DNA of 64,000 nucleotides from an uncultured Gemmatimonadaceae bacterium (GTDB lineage: Bacteria > Gemmatimonadota > Gemmatimonadetes > Gemmatimonadales > Gemmatimonadaceae), in the NCBI GenBank assembly GCA_963829055.1, contig CAWHHI010000020.1:96001-160000 (forward strand), in the 5' to 3' direction. Positions within the stretch are counted from its first letter, which is position 1; every line of letters starts with the position of its first letter. The position numbers were made by a program, and so were the translations under genes. Shown here piece by piece: positions 9,308-20,986 of the stretch. The notes under the pieces are model-generated. The model ran no database searches. It was not told where the DNA came from and worked only from the letters and a program-made list of their open reading frames with translations.

Positions 9308-12300
9308 CTACGGCTGCCCGACCCCCGGCGTGATCGCCTTCTTGTCCGCCTTCAACGCGTCGGGATTCACCCACCAGTGCGCCCCGAACGGCGTCTTCGC
9401 CGGCCACACCTCGTCGAGCGTCATCGCGTCGTACACGATCCCGCCCTTCACCACATAGCGGATATTCCGCGTCTGGCGAATGTCATCGAGCGGATTGCCG
9501 TCGAGCACCAGCATGTCCGCGAGCTTGCCGACCGCCAGCGATCCCGTCTCCTTCTCGATCCCGATGAATCGCGCACCATCGATCGTGCCCACCTCCAGCG
9601 CGCCCATCGGCCCCATCGCCGACGCGGCCATCCACACCTCCCAGTGCGACCCCATCCCATGCTGCTGCCCATGGGAACCGATCGTGCCGTAGCCGCCCTC
9701 GGCGATGATGTCCGCGAGGCCGCGCGCGAGCAGCGGGAAGCTGTAGTCCGTCGCCGGCCGCAGCATGCGCCGCCGCGTCTGCGGAATGAGCATCTGCCAC
9801 GGGAGCCACGACTGCAGCTTCGGATCCTTGAACACGTCACTCTCGGCGTACCAGTAGTCCTCGTTCCACGACGACGGCCCCGCCACCATGAACGTCGGAC
9901 TGTAGAACGCGTGCGCCTTGCCGAAGAACTTCGCGACGTCGGCGTAGATCGGCACATTCCCCCACGGATGCTCCCATCCCGTCTGCCCGTCCATGATCAT
10001 CGAGAGGTTGTACTCGATGTCGCCACCCTCGGCCGTGACGCGCAATCCGAAGCGGCGCGCCGCATCGCTCACCCACTGGCGCTGATCGCGGCGCGGCTGT
10101 GAGTACTGCTTCATCGTCACCGCGCCCCACGACTGGAGGCGCCTAACGTTCTGCTCCGTCACGGCCAGCGACGTGAGATCGTTCTGCCGCGGCGCGTCGC
10201 CGGCGTACAGCGGATCGCCGGTGCTGTAGGTGCGCGGCCCGATCATCATCCCCGCCTCGATCATCTGCGCCGTCGGGAAGACGTTGCCCGACCACATCGA
10301 GTTGTCGAGCGTCGTCGTCACGCCGTACGCCATGTAGATCGCGGACTCCCAGTTCTTCCTCGGCAGCACACCCTCGTGGTCGCGATGGTGGTGCGCGTGC
10401 ATGTCGATGAAACCGGGCATGATCGTCTTTCCACTGGCGTCGATCACCTGCGCACCCTGCGTGGTGCACTCGCCAATGCAGGTGATCCGCCCACCCTTCA
10501 CGAGGACGGTGCCGCTCGGGATTACGCGACGATCCTCCATCGTAATGATGCGCGCGCCCGTGAACGCCACCGTGCCTGACGGGACGCGCTTCGGGACCTT
10601 GAGGCCGATCGTGACGGTGTCCGCCTTGTACGTCCGCGTGTCGACGGTGACGATGCGATTCCCGCTCGCGAACTCCGCGGTCACGCTGTCGCGCCAGTGC
10701 GGGAAGAGCCCACCTTCGAGCGAGAGCTGGCGCACCGGGAACCGGCTGTTTCGACCGTGCTCGATGCGCGGCTCGACCTCGCCCGTTCCAGCGAGCGGGA
10801 ACGGAATCAGATACGCGTTGTCGCCCTCCTGAAACAGCAGCTGTCGCCCGTCCGGCGAGACGGCGGCCTCGTCGACGTACGGCATCGTCAGGTACACCTT
10901 CCGGTCGCCGCCGTCGCGATTCACCGAGACGAAGTCAGTGCCCGCCGGACCTCGGCCGCAACACCTGGCCGCGCCGCTTCGGCGCCGTGCGTCTCGGGAA
11001 AGAAGATCCGCCCTCCCGGGCCATACGACGCCTGCACGATCGGACGCCGCGGCATCCCGGGGCGGCTGGCCGAGTAGGGGCGGTTCACCTCGGTGATGAG
11101 GCGCTCGCCGGTGCCGTCGGCGCCGATGCGACGAAGCTCGTACCACGTGTTGTTGGACATCGAGTGCTGACGCAGGAATCCGCCGTTCCCGCGCGTGACG
11201 ACGAGCTCACGTCCGTCAGGCGCCCATGCGGGCTGGAGGTACTCGCCGGCGACCTTCGTCAGGCGAACGGGCTCGCCGCCGGTCGCGCGCACCTTCCAGA
11301 GGTGCCCGAGCTTCTCATCGTCGAAGGTGGTGAACGCGATCCACTGTCCGTCCGGCGACCAGGCCGGCGAGAGCTCGACCGTGGTGAACGACGCGGGCGT
11401 CAGTCGTTTCGGCGTGCCGTTAGGCACGTCGACGACCCAGAGCTTCCCCGCTCCCTCGAATGCCGCTCGCTTCCCGTCCGCCGACCGCGACGCCCAGCGG
11501 AGGTACTGCACGTCGAGCGTGTCGTCGCGCACCGTGCGCGAGGCCATCGCCTGCTCGGAGAGCGTGCGATGCACGCGCGCCGTGAACGGGATCTCCGCGA
11601 CCTGCCGAGACGCAACATCGAGCCGGCGGATCTTCCCGCCCTGCGTGATGACGATCGACTTCCCGTCGGACGTCCACGCGTACCCCGGCAGCACGCGCGA
11701 CACCTTCCCGCCCTCGGCCATATCGACCTCGACGGGATCCATGATCACGCGCTCGGTCCCGCTCTCGAGGTCACGCAACCAGAGCGCCGTGCGCGGCCCG
11801 AACTCGAGGCCTTTGAACTCGATCGTCCCGTTAGGTATGCGTCGACCAAACGCCAGCCAGCGCCCGTCCGGCGAGATCTGCGGCGCGACCGCGCCTCCGC
11901 TCGAGCCCTGGTACTGCTGCTCCGACACGCCTTCGGTCACCATGAGCGTGCGTCCCGTGGCCAGCTCCAGGCGACGAAGCTGTCGCGAACCTTGCGTGAC
12001 GTCGTTCTTGCCGGAGACGATCCCGTCGGTGATCGATACCTGGTAGTACAGGAAGCGGCCGTCGCGGGAGAGCGAAGGCGATTCGGGGCGTCCCTGCGTG
12101 ACGAGGGAGATGCCGCTGCCGCCGTCCTTCGAGTACATCCAGAGCCCGCTGCCGCCTCCTTCCCCTCCGCCCGGCCCACCTAACGCTGATCGGCGGACGA
12201 TGATGAAGTTGCCGTCGGCGCTCCAGGCTGGCTCGGCGACGCGGACAGCGAGGTCGTTGAAGACCGCGCGCGGGTTGGAGCCGTCGGCGTTCATGACCCA

Positions 12301-12648
12301 CAGGTTGTTCTGCCCGCGCCGGTCGCTCACGAACGCAATGAGCTTTCCGTCAGGGGAGATGCGCGGATGGAAGTTGAGCGCGACGCCGCTGTTCTGCGTG
12401 AGCGCCGTGGCTTCCCCACCGGAACTGGACATCCGATAAATGTGGCCGAGCAGGTCGAAGACGATCCACGCCCCGTCGGGCGAGATGTCGACGGACATCC
12501 AGGTGCCTTCGCTGGTCGTGAAGTCGACGTCGCGCGTCTTGCCGCGAGCCTGGGTGACGTCCCACGTTGGGGCGGGAGTGGCCGGCGCGGGAGTTTGCGC
12601 GGCGAGGGGAGCGGCGACGAATAGGGCGAGCGCGAGCGAGGTGCGCAT
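9308..12648 (-). CDS. Secreted TolB-like beta-propeller (PD40) plus amidohydrolase fusion, frameshift near 10940
   Basis: EGTWMSVDISPDG and WSPDG repeats; PGFIDMHAH; GSLAVGKLADMLVLDGNPLDDI. Confidence 0.9.
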
Positions 12649-12859
12649 CGGAGGACATGTTCGGGTGGGGCGGGCAACGCGGCCGAATGGGCGACTGCGC
12701 AACGATGGCCCGAACACGGCTCTACCTCAATGGCGGCCTCGATCCCAGGTGGGGAGACCGATGTAGAGTTCCGGCCGGCGGCTCCGACTACCGGCATAGC
12801 CCCGAAGTCGGGCCACCGACCGGGATCCTCTCTCCACCGCCAGTCCTGGAGCCGCCACC

Positions 12860-13318
12860 ATGTCCGCCCCTATCGCTCCCGCCAATACCGGTAGCCGCCA
12901 ACTCGGCCGCAGTTTCGCCGCGATCGCCGTGGCAATAGTCGCGAACGTCGTCCTGTCGCTCGGAATCGACCAGGGGTTACACGTGCTGGGCGTCTACCCG
13001 CCGTGGGGACAACCGATGTTCGACGCATCGCTCAACCTGCTCGCGCTGAGCTATCGGCTCGCGTTCGGCGTACTGGCCGGCTACCTCGTCGCGCGACTCG
13101 CTCCGCGGGCCCCCATGCGTCATGCCGCCATCCTTGGAATGATCGCCATCGCACTCAGCACGTTAGGCGCGATCGGCTCGATCACGCAGTACGACCTCGG
13201 TCCCGACTGGTACCCGATCGCGATCGTCGTCACGGCATTCCCGTGCATCTGGGTTGGCGCCGCCCTCCGGACGCGGCGCTGGACGCGTGAGACGTTGATC
13301 GGTAAGGTTCCGGCGTAA
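12860..13318 (+). CDS. Four-TM membrane protein
   Basis: Hydrophobic helices; GYLVARLAP..PMRHA and GPDWYP motifs. Confidence 0.75.
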   Translation: MSAPIAPANTGSRQLGRSFAAIAVAIVANVVLSLGIDQGLHVLGVYPPWGQPMFDASLNLLALSYRLAFGVLAGYLVARLAPRAPMRHAAILGMIAIALSTLGAIGSITQYDLGPDWYPIAIVVTAFPCIWVGAALRTRRWTRETLIGKVPA

Positions 13319-13353
13319 GCTCGGCCGTACTTCGCAAAGAGGCTGGGGCAGCC

Positions 13354-14352
13354 ATGTCGACGCGCCTAACGACTCCACAAGCACCGATCGGTTCTGGTTT
13401 CGGCCCGGCGTCGACGGCGGCCGAGGTGATCAGCGGAATCGACCTGTCGAACAAGGTCGCGATCGTGACTGGCGGCTACTCCGGCATCGGCCTCGAGACC
13501 GCGCGAGTGCTGCGCGCCGCCGGGGCGAAGGTGATCGTCCCCGCTCGCGATCTCGACAGGGCAACGCGCGCGCTCGACGGTGTCGGTGTCGAGATCGCGC
13601 CGATGGATCTCATGGATCCGGCGTCGATCGACGCCTTCGCGGATGATTTCATGGCGACCGGCCAGCCGCTCCACATGCTGGTGAACAGCGCCGGGATCAT
13701 GGCGGGGCCGCTGGTGCGCGACGCCCGGGGATACGAGTCGCAGTTCGCGACGAACCACCTCGGGCACTTTCAGCTGACCACGCGGCTGTGGCCCGCGCTG
13801 CGCCGGGCGAACGGCGCACGCGTCGTCGCGGTGTCGTCCTGGGGACATCGGCGCTCGCCCGTCGTGTTCGACGATCCGAACTACGAGCGTCGCCCCTACG
13901 ACGGCTGGCTCGCGTACGGGCAGTCGAAGACGGCGAACATCCTGTTCGCGCTCGCGGCGGACGAGCGTGGCAAGGCAGACGGCGTGCGTGCGTTCTCGCT
14001 TCATCCCGGCAGCATCGCGGGCACGGGCCTGGAGCGGCACGTGTCACGCGAGGCACTGCAGGCCGGTGGCGTTCTCGACGAGGACGGCCGTCCCATCATC
14101 GATCCGGCGAGAGGCTTCAAGACGGTCGAGCAGGGCGCGGCGACGAGCGTCTGGTGCGCGACGAGTCCCCAGCTCGAAGGCATGGGTGGCGTCTATTGTC
14201 AGGACTGCGACATAGCGCCGCTCGTATCCGAGACGAACTTCGCCGCGCAGCTCGGATCTCTGCCGTTAGGCGTGCTGCCGTACGCCGTGGACCCGGAAGC
14301 GGCGAATCGTCTCTGGGACCTGAGCCAGCTGCTCCTGCAAGCCGGTGCGTGA
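13354..14352 (+). CDS. SDR oxidoreductase (retinol-dehydrogenase-like)
   Basis: TGGYSGIG, NHLGHF, YGQSK. Confidence 0.92.
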   Translation: MSTRLTTPQAPIGSGFGPASTAAEVISGIDLSNKVAIVTGGYSGIGLETARVLRAAGAKVIVPARDLDRATRALDGVGVEIAPMDLMDPASIDAFADDFMATGQPLHMLVNSAGIMAGPLVRDARGYESQFATNHLGHFQLTTRLWPALRRANGARVVAVSSWGHRRSPVVFDDPNYERRPYDGWLAYGQSKTANILFALAADERGKADGVRAFSLHPGSIAGTGLERHVSREALQAGGVLDEDGRPIIDPARGFKTVEQGAATSVWCATSPQLEGMGGVYCQDCDIAPLVSETNFAAQLGSLPLGVLPYAVDPEAANRLWDLSQLLLQAGA

Positions 14353-14443
14353 ATGCTGCGTGCGCGGCGCTCGGCCGCGCTGCTGCTTCACGGTTCAGCC
14401 GGCAGCATGAATGCCTGCGCGGTGATGGCGGCGCGACCCTCCC

Positions 14444-16882
14444 TCAATCGGTGCGCAACGCCTGAACGGGATCGATTGACGTCGCGCGCCGTGCAGGCAG
14501 ATACGCCGCCGCGGCTGCAACACCGAGCAGCACCAGACACGCCGCCCCAAGCGCGACCGGATCGGTCGGACTGATCTGGAACAGCAGTGTGGTCAACAAC
14601 CGCGACATCATGAGCGCGATACCGAGGCCGGCAGCGGCACCAATCCCGGTGATGATGCCGGCACGACGCAGTACGTCTGCCCGGACTCGTCCCGACGTGG
14701 CGCCTAACGCCATCCGGATCCCGAACTCGCGCGTCTGATCGCGCACGAGTGCCGCCATCACACCGAACAACCCGATGGCCGCGAGGAGGAGCGCGACGCC
14801 ACCGAACGCGGTCATCAACAGCGCTCCCAGCCGCGGCTGTGAGAGAGGCTCCGCGAGAATCTGATCCATCGTCTGCGGACTCCACAGCGCCATGTCGGGA
14901 TCGACGTCGTGTCCCGCCGCGCGCAGAGCGGGCAGCAACGCCGACAGAGCCACGGTGCTGCGAATGGCGATCGAGCCTTGCCAGTATCCCTGCAAGGACG
15001 GCAGGAACACCATCGGCGACGCCTCCCGCAGCGTGCGCAGATGCGTCTCGTGCGCGACGCCGACGACGGTGCGCCATCCATCGCCACCGACGATACTCTC
15101 CGGCTTCGCTCCGGGCACTCGAATACGCTTTCCGATCGGATCCTCGTTAGGCCACAAGCGCCGCGCGACCGACTGACTCACGATCGCGACGAGTGGCGCC
15201 GAGCCGTTGTCCTGCTCACCGAACGCCCGCCCCTGCAGGAGCGACACACCGAACGTCTTGAAGAACTCCGGCCCGGCCATCTCGGTCGGGAACATTGGAT
15301 TCGTCGCCGCGCCAGGAGCCGGGTCCCCCTCGATCTCGTACCGGATTTGCCAGACGCCGTTGCCGAGCATTGGCGGCGCGACCATTGGCGTCGCCGCAGT
15401 CACGCCTCGAATCGCGCGGACGCGGTGCAGCACGCGATCGCCGAGGATGACCATCTTCGAGACCGAATCGAACCGCTTCGCATTCCACGAATACCAGACG
15501 ATCGAGAGATGGTCGCTCCTGAATCCCTTGTCCTGCGTCTCGAGCCGCGCGAGGCTCCGCGCGAGGAGCGCCGCGCCGCCGAGCATCACCATGGCGAGCG
15601 CGATCTGTGAAGCGACGAGCGCCTGTCGCAACCGGCGTCGCCGAGTCGTTTCGGTTCCGGTTCGCGAGTCGAGCCGGAGCGGCGACGCGAGGTTCGCGCG
15701 CGCGGCGAACACCGCGGGCCCAACGCCGAAGAGCAGCACGGTGATCGACGTGATCATCGCGGCGACGCCCACCGGCGCACCAGCGATCTGCACGTCGTCG
15801 AGGCGCGGAAGTCCCGCTGGGGCATACGCGATGAGCAGGCGCAGCACCACGGTCGCAATGCCGAGGCCGAGTACGCCACCGACCACCGCGATCGCCAGCG
15901 CCTCGACGAGAAGCTGGCGCACAATGTCAGTGACGCGCGCGCCGAGGGCACGGCGTACGGCAATCTCTCGCGTTCGCGACGACGCGCGCAGGAGCAGCAG
16001 GTTGCCGACGTTCAGACAGGCGATGAGCAGCAGGAGCCCTACCGCCGCCGTCAGCAGCGCGAGCACCGGACGCACGTTCCCGAGCACGGTCTCAGCGAAC
16101 GTCGCGACGTGCGCGCCGCGGAAGGTGAGCGTCGGCGACAGCCGCTGTTCAATGGCGAGGTATTCGTCGCGCGCAGCGTTAGGCGTTGCTCCAGGCGCCA
16201 GGCGCGCGACGGCGAATGCGGATACGGTCGACTGCCATCCCGACCACATCGGGATCCAGTAGTCGGCGTCGGCCGGATAGTCGAAGCCCGAGGGCGCGAC
16301 GCCGATGATGGTGTAATCGATGCGGTTCAGTGGATCGATGAGATGTCGGCCGACGACGGACGAGTCGCCAGCGAAGTTCTCGCGCCAGGCGCGATAGCTG
16401 AGAACGAGATTGCGGCCGACAGCCGGATCGGCGGGTGCCGCGACACTCGGTTCGTCATCACTCGGGCGAAAGAGTCGCCCCAGTGCGGGACGCACGCCGA
16501 GGACATCGAAGAAGTTGCCCGTCACCATGCCGCGATTCAGCTCGATGGGCTCCTGGCCATACATGAATGGCGAGGAAGTGGCCGGCCAGTGAGCGACCGC
16601 GGCGATCTCGCGCATCGTGCGCGATTCCTTCCGCACGACCGACAGCTCCCTGGTACCTGTCGTGAGCTCAGTGGCTGGATCCGCGGCGTACGTCCACATG
16701 ACGACGACGCGATCCTGATCGACCACCGGGAGCCGTCGCACGAGCACCGTTCGAAATACGGTGAACATCGCCACCGACGCGCCGATGCCGAGCGCGAGGA
16801 TGACCAGCGCGGTGACGACGAAGCTTGGGCTTCGGCGGAAGCCGCGGAGCGCGAACCGGATGTCCTGCCAGGTACGATCCAT
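14444..16882 (-). CDS. Duplicated FtsX/MacB orphan ABC permease (ADOP-like)
   Basis: QDIRFALRGFRRSP, LLLIACLNVGNLLL, REFGIRMALGA, IDPVQALRTD. Confidence 0.93.
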   Translation of the reverse strand: MDRTWQDIRFALRGFRRSPSFVVTALVILALGIGASVAMFTVFRTVLVRRLPVVDQDRVVVMWTYAADPATELTTGTRELSVVRKESRTMREIAAVAHWPATSSPFMYGQEPIELNRGMVTGNFFDVLGVRPALGRLFRPSDDEPSVAAPADPAVGRNLVLSYRAWRENFAGDSSVVGRHLIDPLNRIDYTIIGVAPSGFDYPADADYWIPMWSGWQSTVSAFAVARLAPGATPNAARDEYLAIEQRLSPTLTFRGAHVATFAETVLGNVRPVLALLTAAVGLLLLIACLNVGNLLLLRASSRTREIAVRRALGARVTDIVRQLLVEALAIAVVGGVLGLGIATVVLRLLIAYAPAGLPRLDDVQIAGAPVGVAAMITSITVLLFGVGPAVFAARANLASPLRLDSRTGTETTRRRRLRQALVASQIALAMVMLGGAALLARSLARLETQDKGFRSDHLSIVWYSWNAKRFDSVSKMVILGDRVLHRVRAIRGVTAATPMVAPPMLGNGVWQIRYEIEGDPAPGAATNPMFPTEMAGPEFFKTFGVSLLQGRAFGEQDNGSAPLVAIVSQSVARRLWPNEDPIGKRIRVPGAKPESIVGGDGWRTVVGVAHETHLRTLREASPMVFLPSLQGYWQGSIAIRSTVALSALLPALRAAGHDVDPDMALWSPQTMDQILAEPLSQPRLGALLMTAFGGVALLLAAIGLFGVMAALVRDQTREFGIRMALGATSGRVRADVLRRAGIITGIGAAAGLGIALMMSRLLTTLLFQISPTDPVALGAACLVLLGVAAAAAYLPARRATSIDPVQALRTD

Positions 16883-16896
16883 GGTAGTTAGTGCAG

Positions 16897-17490
16897 TTAC
16901 TCCGGTGCGCGTGTCGACTCGCTTGTCGTTGCGGCACCCCAACGGTGACCCGGCGCAGTCAGCGACAGCGCATCTCGAAGCCAGGCGCGTTGCCTGGCTC
17001 GAAGGAACGGTCTCACCGACTCGAAGTCGGCGTCGTCCTTCGCGCTTGGCGCCTTGGATTTGTACAGCAGAACGATCTCCGGGGCCAGATAGCGCACTGC
17101 CCGGTCACCGCAAAACGCCGCGCCGATTGGGAGACGGATCCGTGGATCGCGACGATAGACCCACTCGCCCGTCTGCCGATCCTGTTCGTTCAACAGAAAC
17201 TCGAGATGGTATCCGTCCGGCCACGTCGCGTGGACTTCGTGAATGGGCGGCGCGAGCGTCTCGTCGACCGCCCAGTGGACAAGCTGGTGCGCCGCGACCT
17301 TCTCTACTCGGGCACTGGAGAGCCGAGTGTGGAGCTCGCGCTGGTCGTCGCGGAGAATGGCCACGTCGATATCGGCGTGCGGTCGCGATTCCCGCCCGAG
17401 AAACAGATCGATCGCCCACCCGCCCGCTATTCCCCAGGGGCTGTGGAATCCGCTCATGAGCGCCGCCGCGCGTTCGATGGCAGGGTTCAT
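16897..17490 (-). CDS. Nucleotidyltransferase (aminoglycoside 2''-adenylyltransferase/LinA-like fold)
   Basis: GGWAIDLFLG..SRPHADIDV, LAPEIVLLYK, KDDADF. Confidence 0.8.
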   Translation of the reverse strand: MNPAIERAAALMSGFHSPWGIAGGWAIDLFLGRESRPHADIDVAILRDDQRELHTRLSSARVEKVAAHQLVHWAVDETLAPPIHEVHATWPDGYHLEFLLNEQDRQTGEWVYRRDPRIRLPIGAAFCGDRAVRYLAPEIVLLYKSKAPSAKDDADFESVRPFLRARQRAWLRDALSLTAPGHRWGAATTSESTRAPE

Positions 17491-17538
17491 GGGCGTGGGG
17501 TGGCCGAGCGACGACTGGCGTGGACGCCTAACGTCACG

Positions 17539-18060
17539 TCAGCCGCTTTCGGAATACCTCCGTTGGCGGACCAGGTCGGCGTCTCCCTCCGTCGGGCGCT
17601 CCTCGATCAGCTCGTGGTCCAGCACCGTATGGAACGAGACCACCGCCCAGTCCTCCGCACCCACCACGCCCTGGTGCCACACGCTCGGTGGGATGGAGAT
17701 CCACCGCTCCTCCAGCGGAGCGTCGGGATCGCTGCGGAGGCGGTGCGAGATCCACTCGCTCCCCGGCCGCGTGGGAAAGTCGCCGCGACCGCGGAACGAC
17801 ATCATGCGCTGATGGCTGTTCGGATGCCGCTCGGCGCCAGTGGTCGTGTTCGCGCGCAGGACGAAGACCCAGCTCGAGCGGATCGAATCCGGGAGCGGAA
17901 CCTGGTAGAGGTCGAGCGGAACGGTCGCCCACGCGTACACCTCGCCCGGGGCGTCGCGGAGCTTACGATCGACGTCGGCGACGATCGGCTCGATTGAAGC
18001 CGCGGCGGCTCGTACGGCGGCGTCCAGAAGTTCGAGCGTTTCGCGTTCGTGTGCGTTCAT
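17539..18060 (-). CDS. Cupin-like hypothetical protein
   Basis: ERHPNSHQ and SIPPSVWHQ cupin-type motifs. Confidence 0.65.
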   Translation of the reverse strand: MNAHERETLELLDAAVRAAAASIEPIVADVDRKLRDAPGEVYAWATVPLDLYQVPLPDSIRSSWVFVLRANTTTGAERHPNSHQRMMSFRGRGDFPTRPGSEWISHRLRSDPDAPLEERWISIPPSVWHQGVVGAEDWAVVSFHTVLDHELIEERPTEGDADLVRQRRYSESG

Positions 18061-18102
18061 GGCGCCTCCAGACGCGTTCGGTTCGGTGATATCAGGCAGC
18101 GC

Positions 18103-18948
18103 CTAACGACCACTCGCGAGCGGGCTGCTCGCGAAGCCGCGCAGCGCCTTCATCCATTGCTGCGTCATGATGCCGAGGACGCGCCTTCCCTTCTCCGCGG
18201 TCGCGAGCGTCGGGTCGCCGAACACGCCGCTCGTCGAGAAATCGGGATCTCCAGGACGGCGCGAAAAGTCGGTCGGCCGGTAGCCGGGGTAGGCCGCGAC
18301 GGTGTCCCCTCGGTAGTCGCGCACGGCGCGGTCCATGTGTACCAGTTCCGGCCGCAGCGCCAGGATGACCGAGGTCTCGAGATCATCGGCATGAGTGCCC
18401 GCACGCTGGGTCGTGAGAGCCTTCATCGCCGCCGTCTCGAGGTCGTCCCAGGAGATGACGAGTGTCGGCACTCGCTCCTGCGCGTAAAGTGTCCGAGCGG
18501 CAAGCGTGATGGGGATGCCGGTCGACCGTGTCACGCCGGTGTTCAGGAACACCACGCGCCTGGCGCCGTGCCGCACGAGCGAGCGCCCAGCCTCGAGCAT
18601 GTAGTGCCAGAACACGTCGGGGTCGCCAATGGTGAGCCCCGGAAACTCCGCGAAGGCTGGGAACCAGCCGTGCAAGATCGGCGGTGCGACCACCACGGGC
18701 AGCGAGTCGACGGCGATCTTCGCGAGGTACTCCATTACGATCTGGTCGCTTGCGAGCGGGAGGTGCGGCCCGTGCTCCTTCGCTCCGGCACCGAACGGCA
18801 GGATGACCATCGGCGCGTCACGCAGCCGGCGTTCCGCCTCAGGCCATGTCAGGTCGCCCAGGAATACACCACGGGTCTGCGCAGTGGCGGGCACCGCGAC
18901 GGTCGTGCTGAGAGCGATCGTGGCCACGATGCGAAGCGAGAGTGACAT
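18103..18948 (-). CDS. Creatininase-family amidohydrolase with signal peptide
   Basis: KEHGPHLPLASD, HADDLETS, SGVFGDPTLATAEKG. Confidence 0.9.
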   Translation of the reverse strand: MSLSLRIVATIALSTTVAVPATAQTRGVFLGDLTWPEAERRLRDAPMVILPFGAGAKEHGPHLPLASDQIVMEYLAKIAVDSLPVVVAPPILHGWFPAFAEFPGLTIGDPDVFWHYMLEAGRSLVRHGARRVVFLNTGVTRSTGIPITLAARTLYAQERVPTLVISWDDLETAAMKALTTQRAGTHADDLETSVILALRPELVHMDRAVRDYRGDTVAAYPGYRPTDFSRRPGDPDFSTSGVFGDPTLATAEKGRRVLGIMTQQWMKALRGFASSPLASGR

Positions 18949-19269
18949 TGTGCGCTAGCCTCCGGGAGATTTCACGGTCTACGCTACCGCCGCGCGGAAC
19001 GGCCCACACCTGGAGTTCACCTCACAGGAATCTGCCAAGATGCGGCGGCGTGGCCGCCGCCACCATACTCCGACGGCGGTGCTGCTTCTGCTCGAACGAG
19101 GGGCTGACTGGAAGCAGGGGAAGTCCGTCAACGGACTGCCGTTCGCGAGCGTGATCGACGGCGAGGTCGGCTCGCAGGGCAACGACAGCGCGTTCGTGGA
19201 CGTTAGGCGATACCTGCAGCAGCACTGAGTGGAACGCGCCTGGCGGGTCGGTCACCAGGGCCGCGACCG

Positions 19270-19782
19270 ATGTACTACGAGGAGCTGCACGGTGGCGTGT
19301 GGGAGCGCATCGCCATCGACGGCGAGATGCTCACGGGGCGCGCGCATCACGTCATCTACTTCGCGACCCCCGAACGGTGGCTCCAGTATCCCGAGTGGGC
19401 GAAGGCGCGGCGTGATGAGATCATCGCACGCGTCGTGAGCGAGTTCCGCGAGCCGGACTACGAGTATCACAGTGCCGGCGCCGGCAGCACGGTCGCGCGA
19501 GCGGCACCCGTGGTGTCAACGCCGAGTGGAAAGCGCGCACTGTTCATCGCAGTGCTGATGCTCTTCGCGGTCGCCGGCGGGATGGGATGGCTGGTCACGC
19601 GCGGCGTTGTCGGTGGCGAGACGTATTACCCCAACACGCGACCATCTCTGCGACGCATGGTGTCGCGTCCGCGGGAGCCCGTCATGTTCTGGGCGTCGAT
19701 CGGCGTGTACGCCGTCATCGGAGCAGGCACGCTGACGCTTGGCGTGCTTGGCGTGCGCGCGGGACGACGGCTGGGGAAGTGA
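19270..19782 (+). CDS. Hypothetical membrane protein
   Basis: 170-aa ORF, soluble N-terminus and two C-terminal TM segments. Confidence 0.55.
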   Translation: MYYEELHGGVWERIAIDGEMLTGRAHHVIYFATPERWLQYPEWAKARRDEIIARVVSEFREPDYEYHSAGAGSTVARAAPVVSTPSGKRALFIAVLMLFAVAGGMGWLVTRGVVGGETYYPNTRPSLRRMVSRPREPVMFWASIGVYAVIGAGTLTLGVLGVRAGRRLGK

Positions 19783-20009
19783 GCGCCTAACGCCAGATGG
19801 TTCGCTCGCCCGTCATGCCATTTCATTGACGCGTTCTACCAGCCGAACACCGTGCCGCGGGCGAATCGGCGAGATCTGCGTGCATGCGACAGCAGTCGGC
19901 CGTCGGCATCGACAGTGACGTCGCCGAACGTGTCGAGGCCGAGTTCGAGAGTGGCGGTGGGAGTGGGGTGGAGCTCATGGCCAAAAACCACACTGCTGCC
20001 CGCGTGCCA

Positions 20010-20073
20010 CCATTCTGTCAATGCGTGAGCCGAATGAGCAAAAAGACGCCACGAACAGTCATTCAGCGGCTCG
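20010..20073 (+). repeat. Direct repeat copy 1 (putative AraC-controlled divergent promoter)
   Basis: Matches 23090-23153; 3 mismatches over the last 54 nt. Confidence 0.85.
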
Positions 20074-20123
20074 CCAACGCCACGTATGGTACTCCCATCA
20101 TCAATATCCCTATGGAGAGTGCC

Positions 20124-20846
20124 ATGCAAATCAAGGATTCGGTCGCCCTGGTCACCGGAGCGAACCGTGGAATTGGCCGCGCGTTCGTCGAAGCGCTGCT
20201 CGAACGGGGCGCGAGCCGCATCTACGCGGCGGCGCGGGATCTCGCGAGTCTGGACGCGGTCGTTCGTCTCGACCCGAAGCGCATCCGCGCCCTGAAGCTC
20301 GACGTCACGAGCGCCGAGGATGCGCGCGCGGCGGCCGCGCAGGCGAAGGACCTCACGCTGCTGATCAACAACGCCGGGGCGCTCGCCTGGGGCGGCCTCA
20401 CCGATATCTCAGTGGATGCGGTGCGAGGCAACATGGAAACGAACTTCTTCGGCTTGCTCAACGTGATCACGGCCTTCGTGCCCGTCCTCGAGCGGAGCGA
20501 GGGGAGCATCGTCAACATCCTGACGTTCCTCTCGCTGGTCAGCGCGCCAGGCGTCGCCGCCTACAATGCCTCCAAGGCCGCGGGGTGGTCGCTCACGCAG
20601 TCGTTCCGCGCCGACCTGGCCAAGCGCGGGATCCGGGTGCACGGCGTCTTCCCCGGTCTCGTGGACACGGACATGGCGCGCCCGTTCGAGATGGCGAAAA
20701 CCCCAGCGATCGACGTGGCTCGCGCCACGCTCGCCGGCGTCGACGCGAATGAGGAAGACATTTATCCGGACCCCATGTCGCAGCAGCAGTACGCCGCCTG
20801 GCGGGAGGATCACAAGGCGGTGGAGCGTCAATTCGCGGCCATGTGA
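20124..20846 (+). CDS. Classical SDR oxidoreductase
   Basis: TGANRGIG, NNAG, YNASK. Confidence 0.92.
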   Translation: MQIKDSVALVTGANRGIGRAFVEALLERGASRIYAAARDLASLDAVVRLDPKRIRALKLDVTSAEDARAAAAQAKDLTLLINNAGALAWGGLTDISVDAVRGNMETNFFGLLNVITAFVPVLERSEGSIVNILTFLSLVSAPGVAAYNASKAAGWSLTQSFRADLAKRGIRVHGVFPGLVDTDMARPFEMAKTPAIDVARATLAGVDANEEDIYPDPMSQQQYAAWREDHKAVERQFAAM

Positions 20847-20986
20847 GCGAGCGCGGGAAGTTGGGAGGGGCGTTCCTCTTTTCGTCGCCGTTGCCCCGCG
20901 GACGATACATCGTCCGCGGGGCGTGCTCGACCCGACGTTAGGCGACGTAGGGCGTCCCCGAAATCCTGACGATGCGAAGCACTGAT

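Noticed and set aside
16897..17490. Bona fide aminoglycoside-resistance gene (aadB)
   Set aside because: Only fold-level motifs; the family is widespread and the substrate cannot be assigned from sequence
19040..19228. Ankyrin-like fragment (LLLERGAD)
   Set aside because: A single short motif without a start or further repeats
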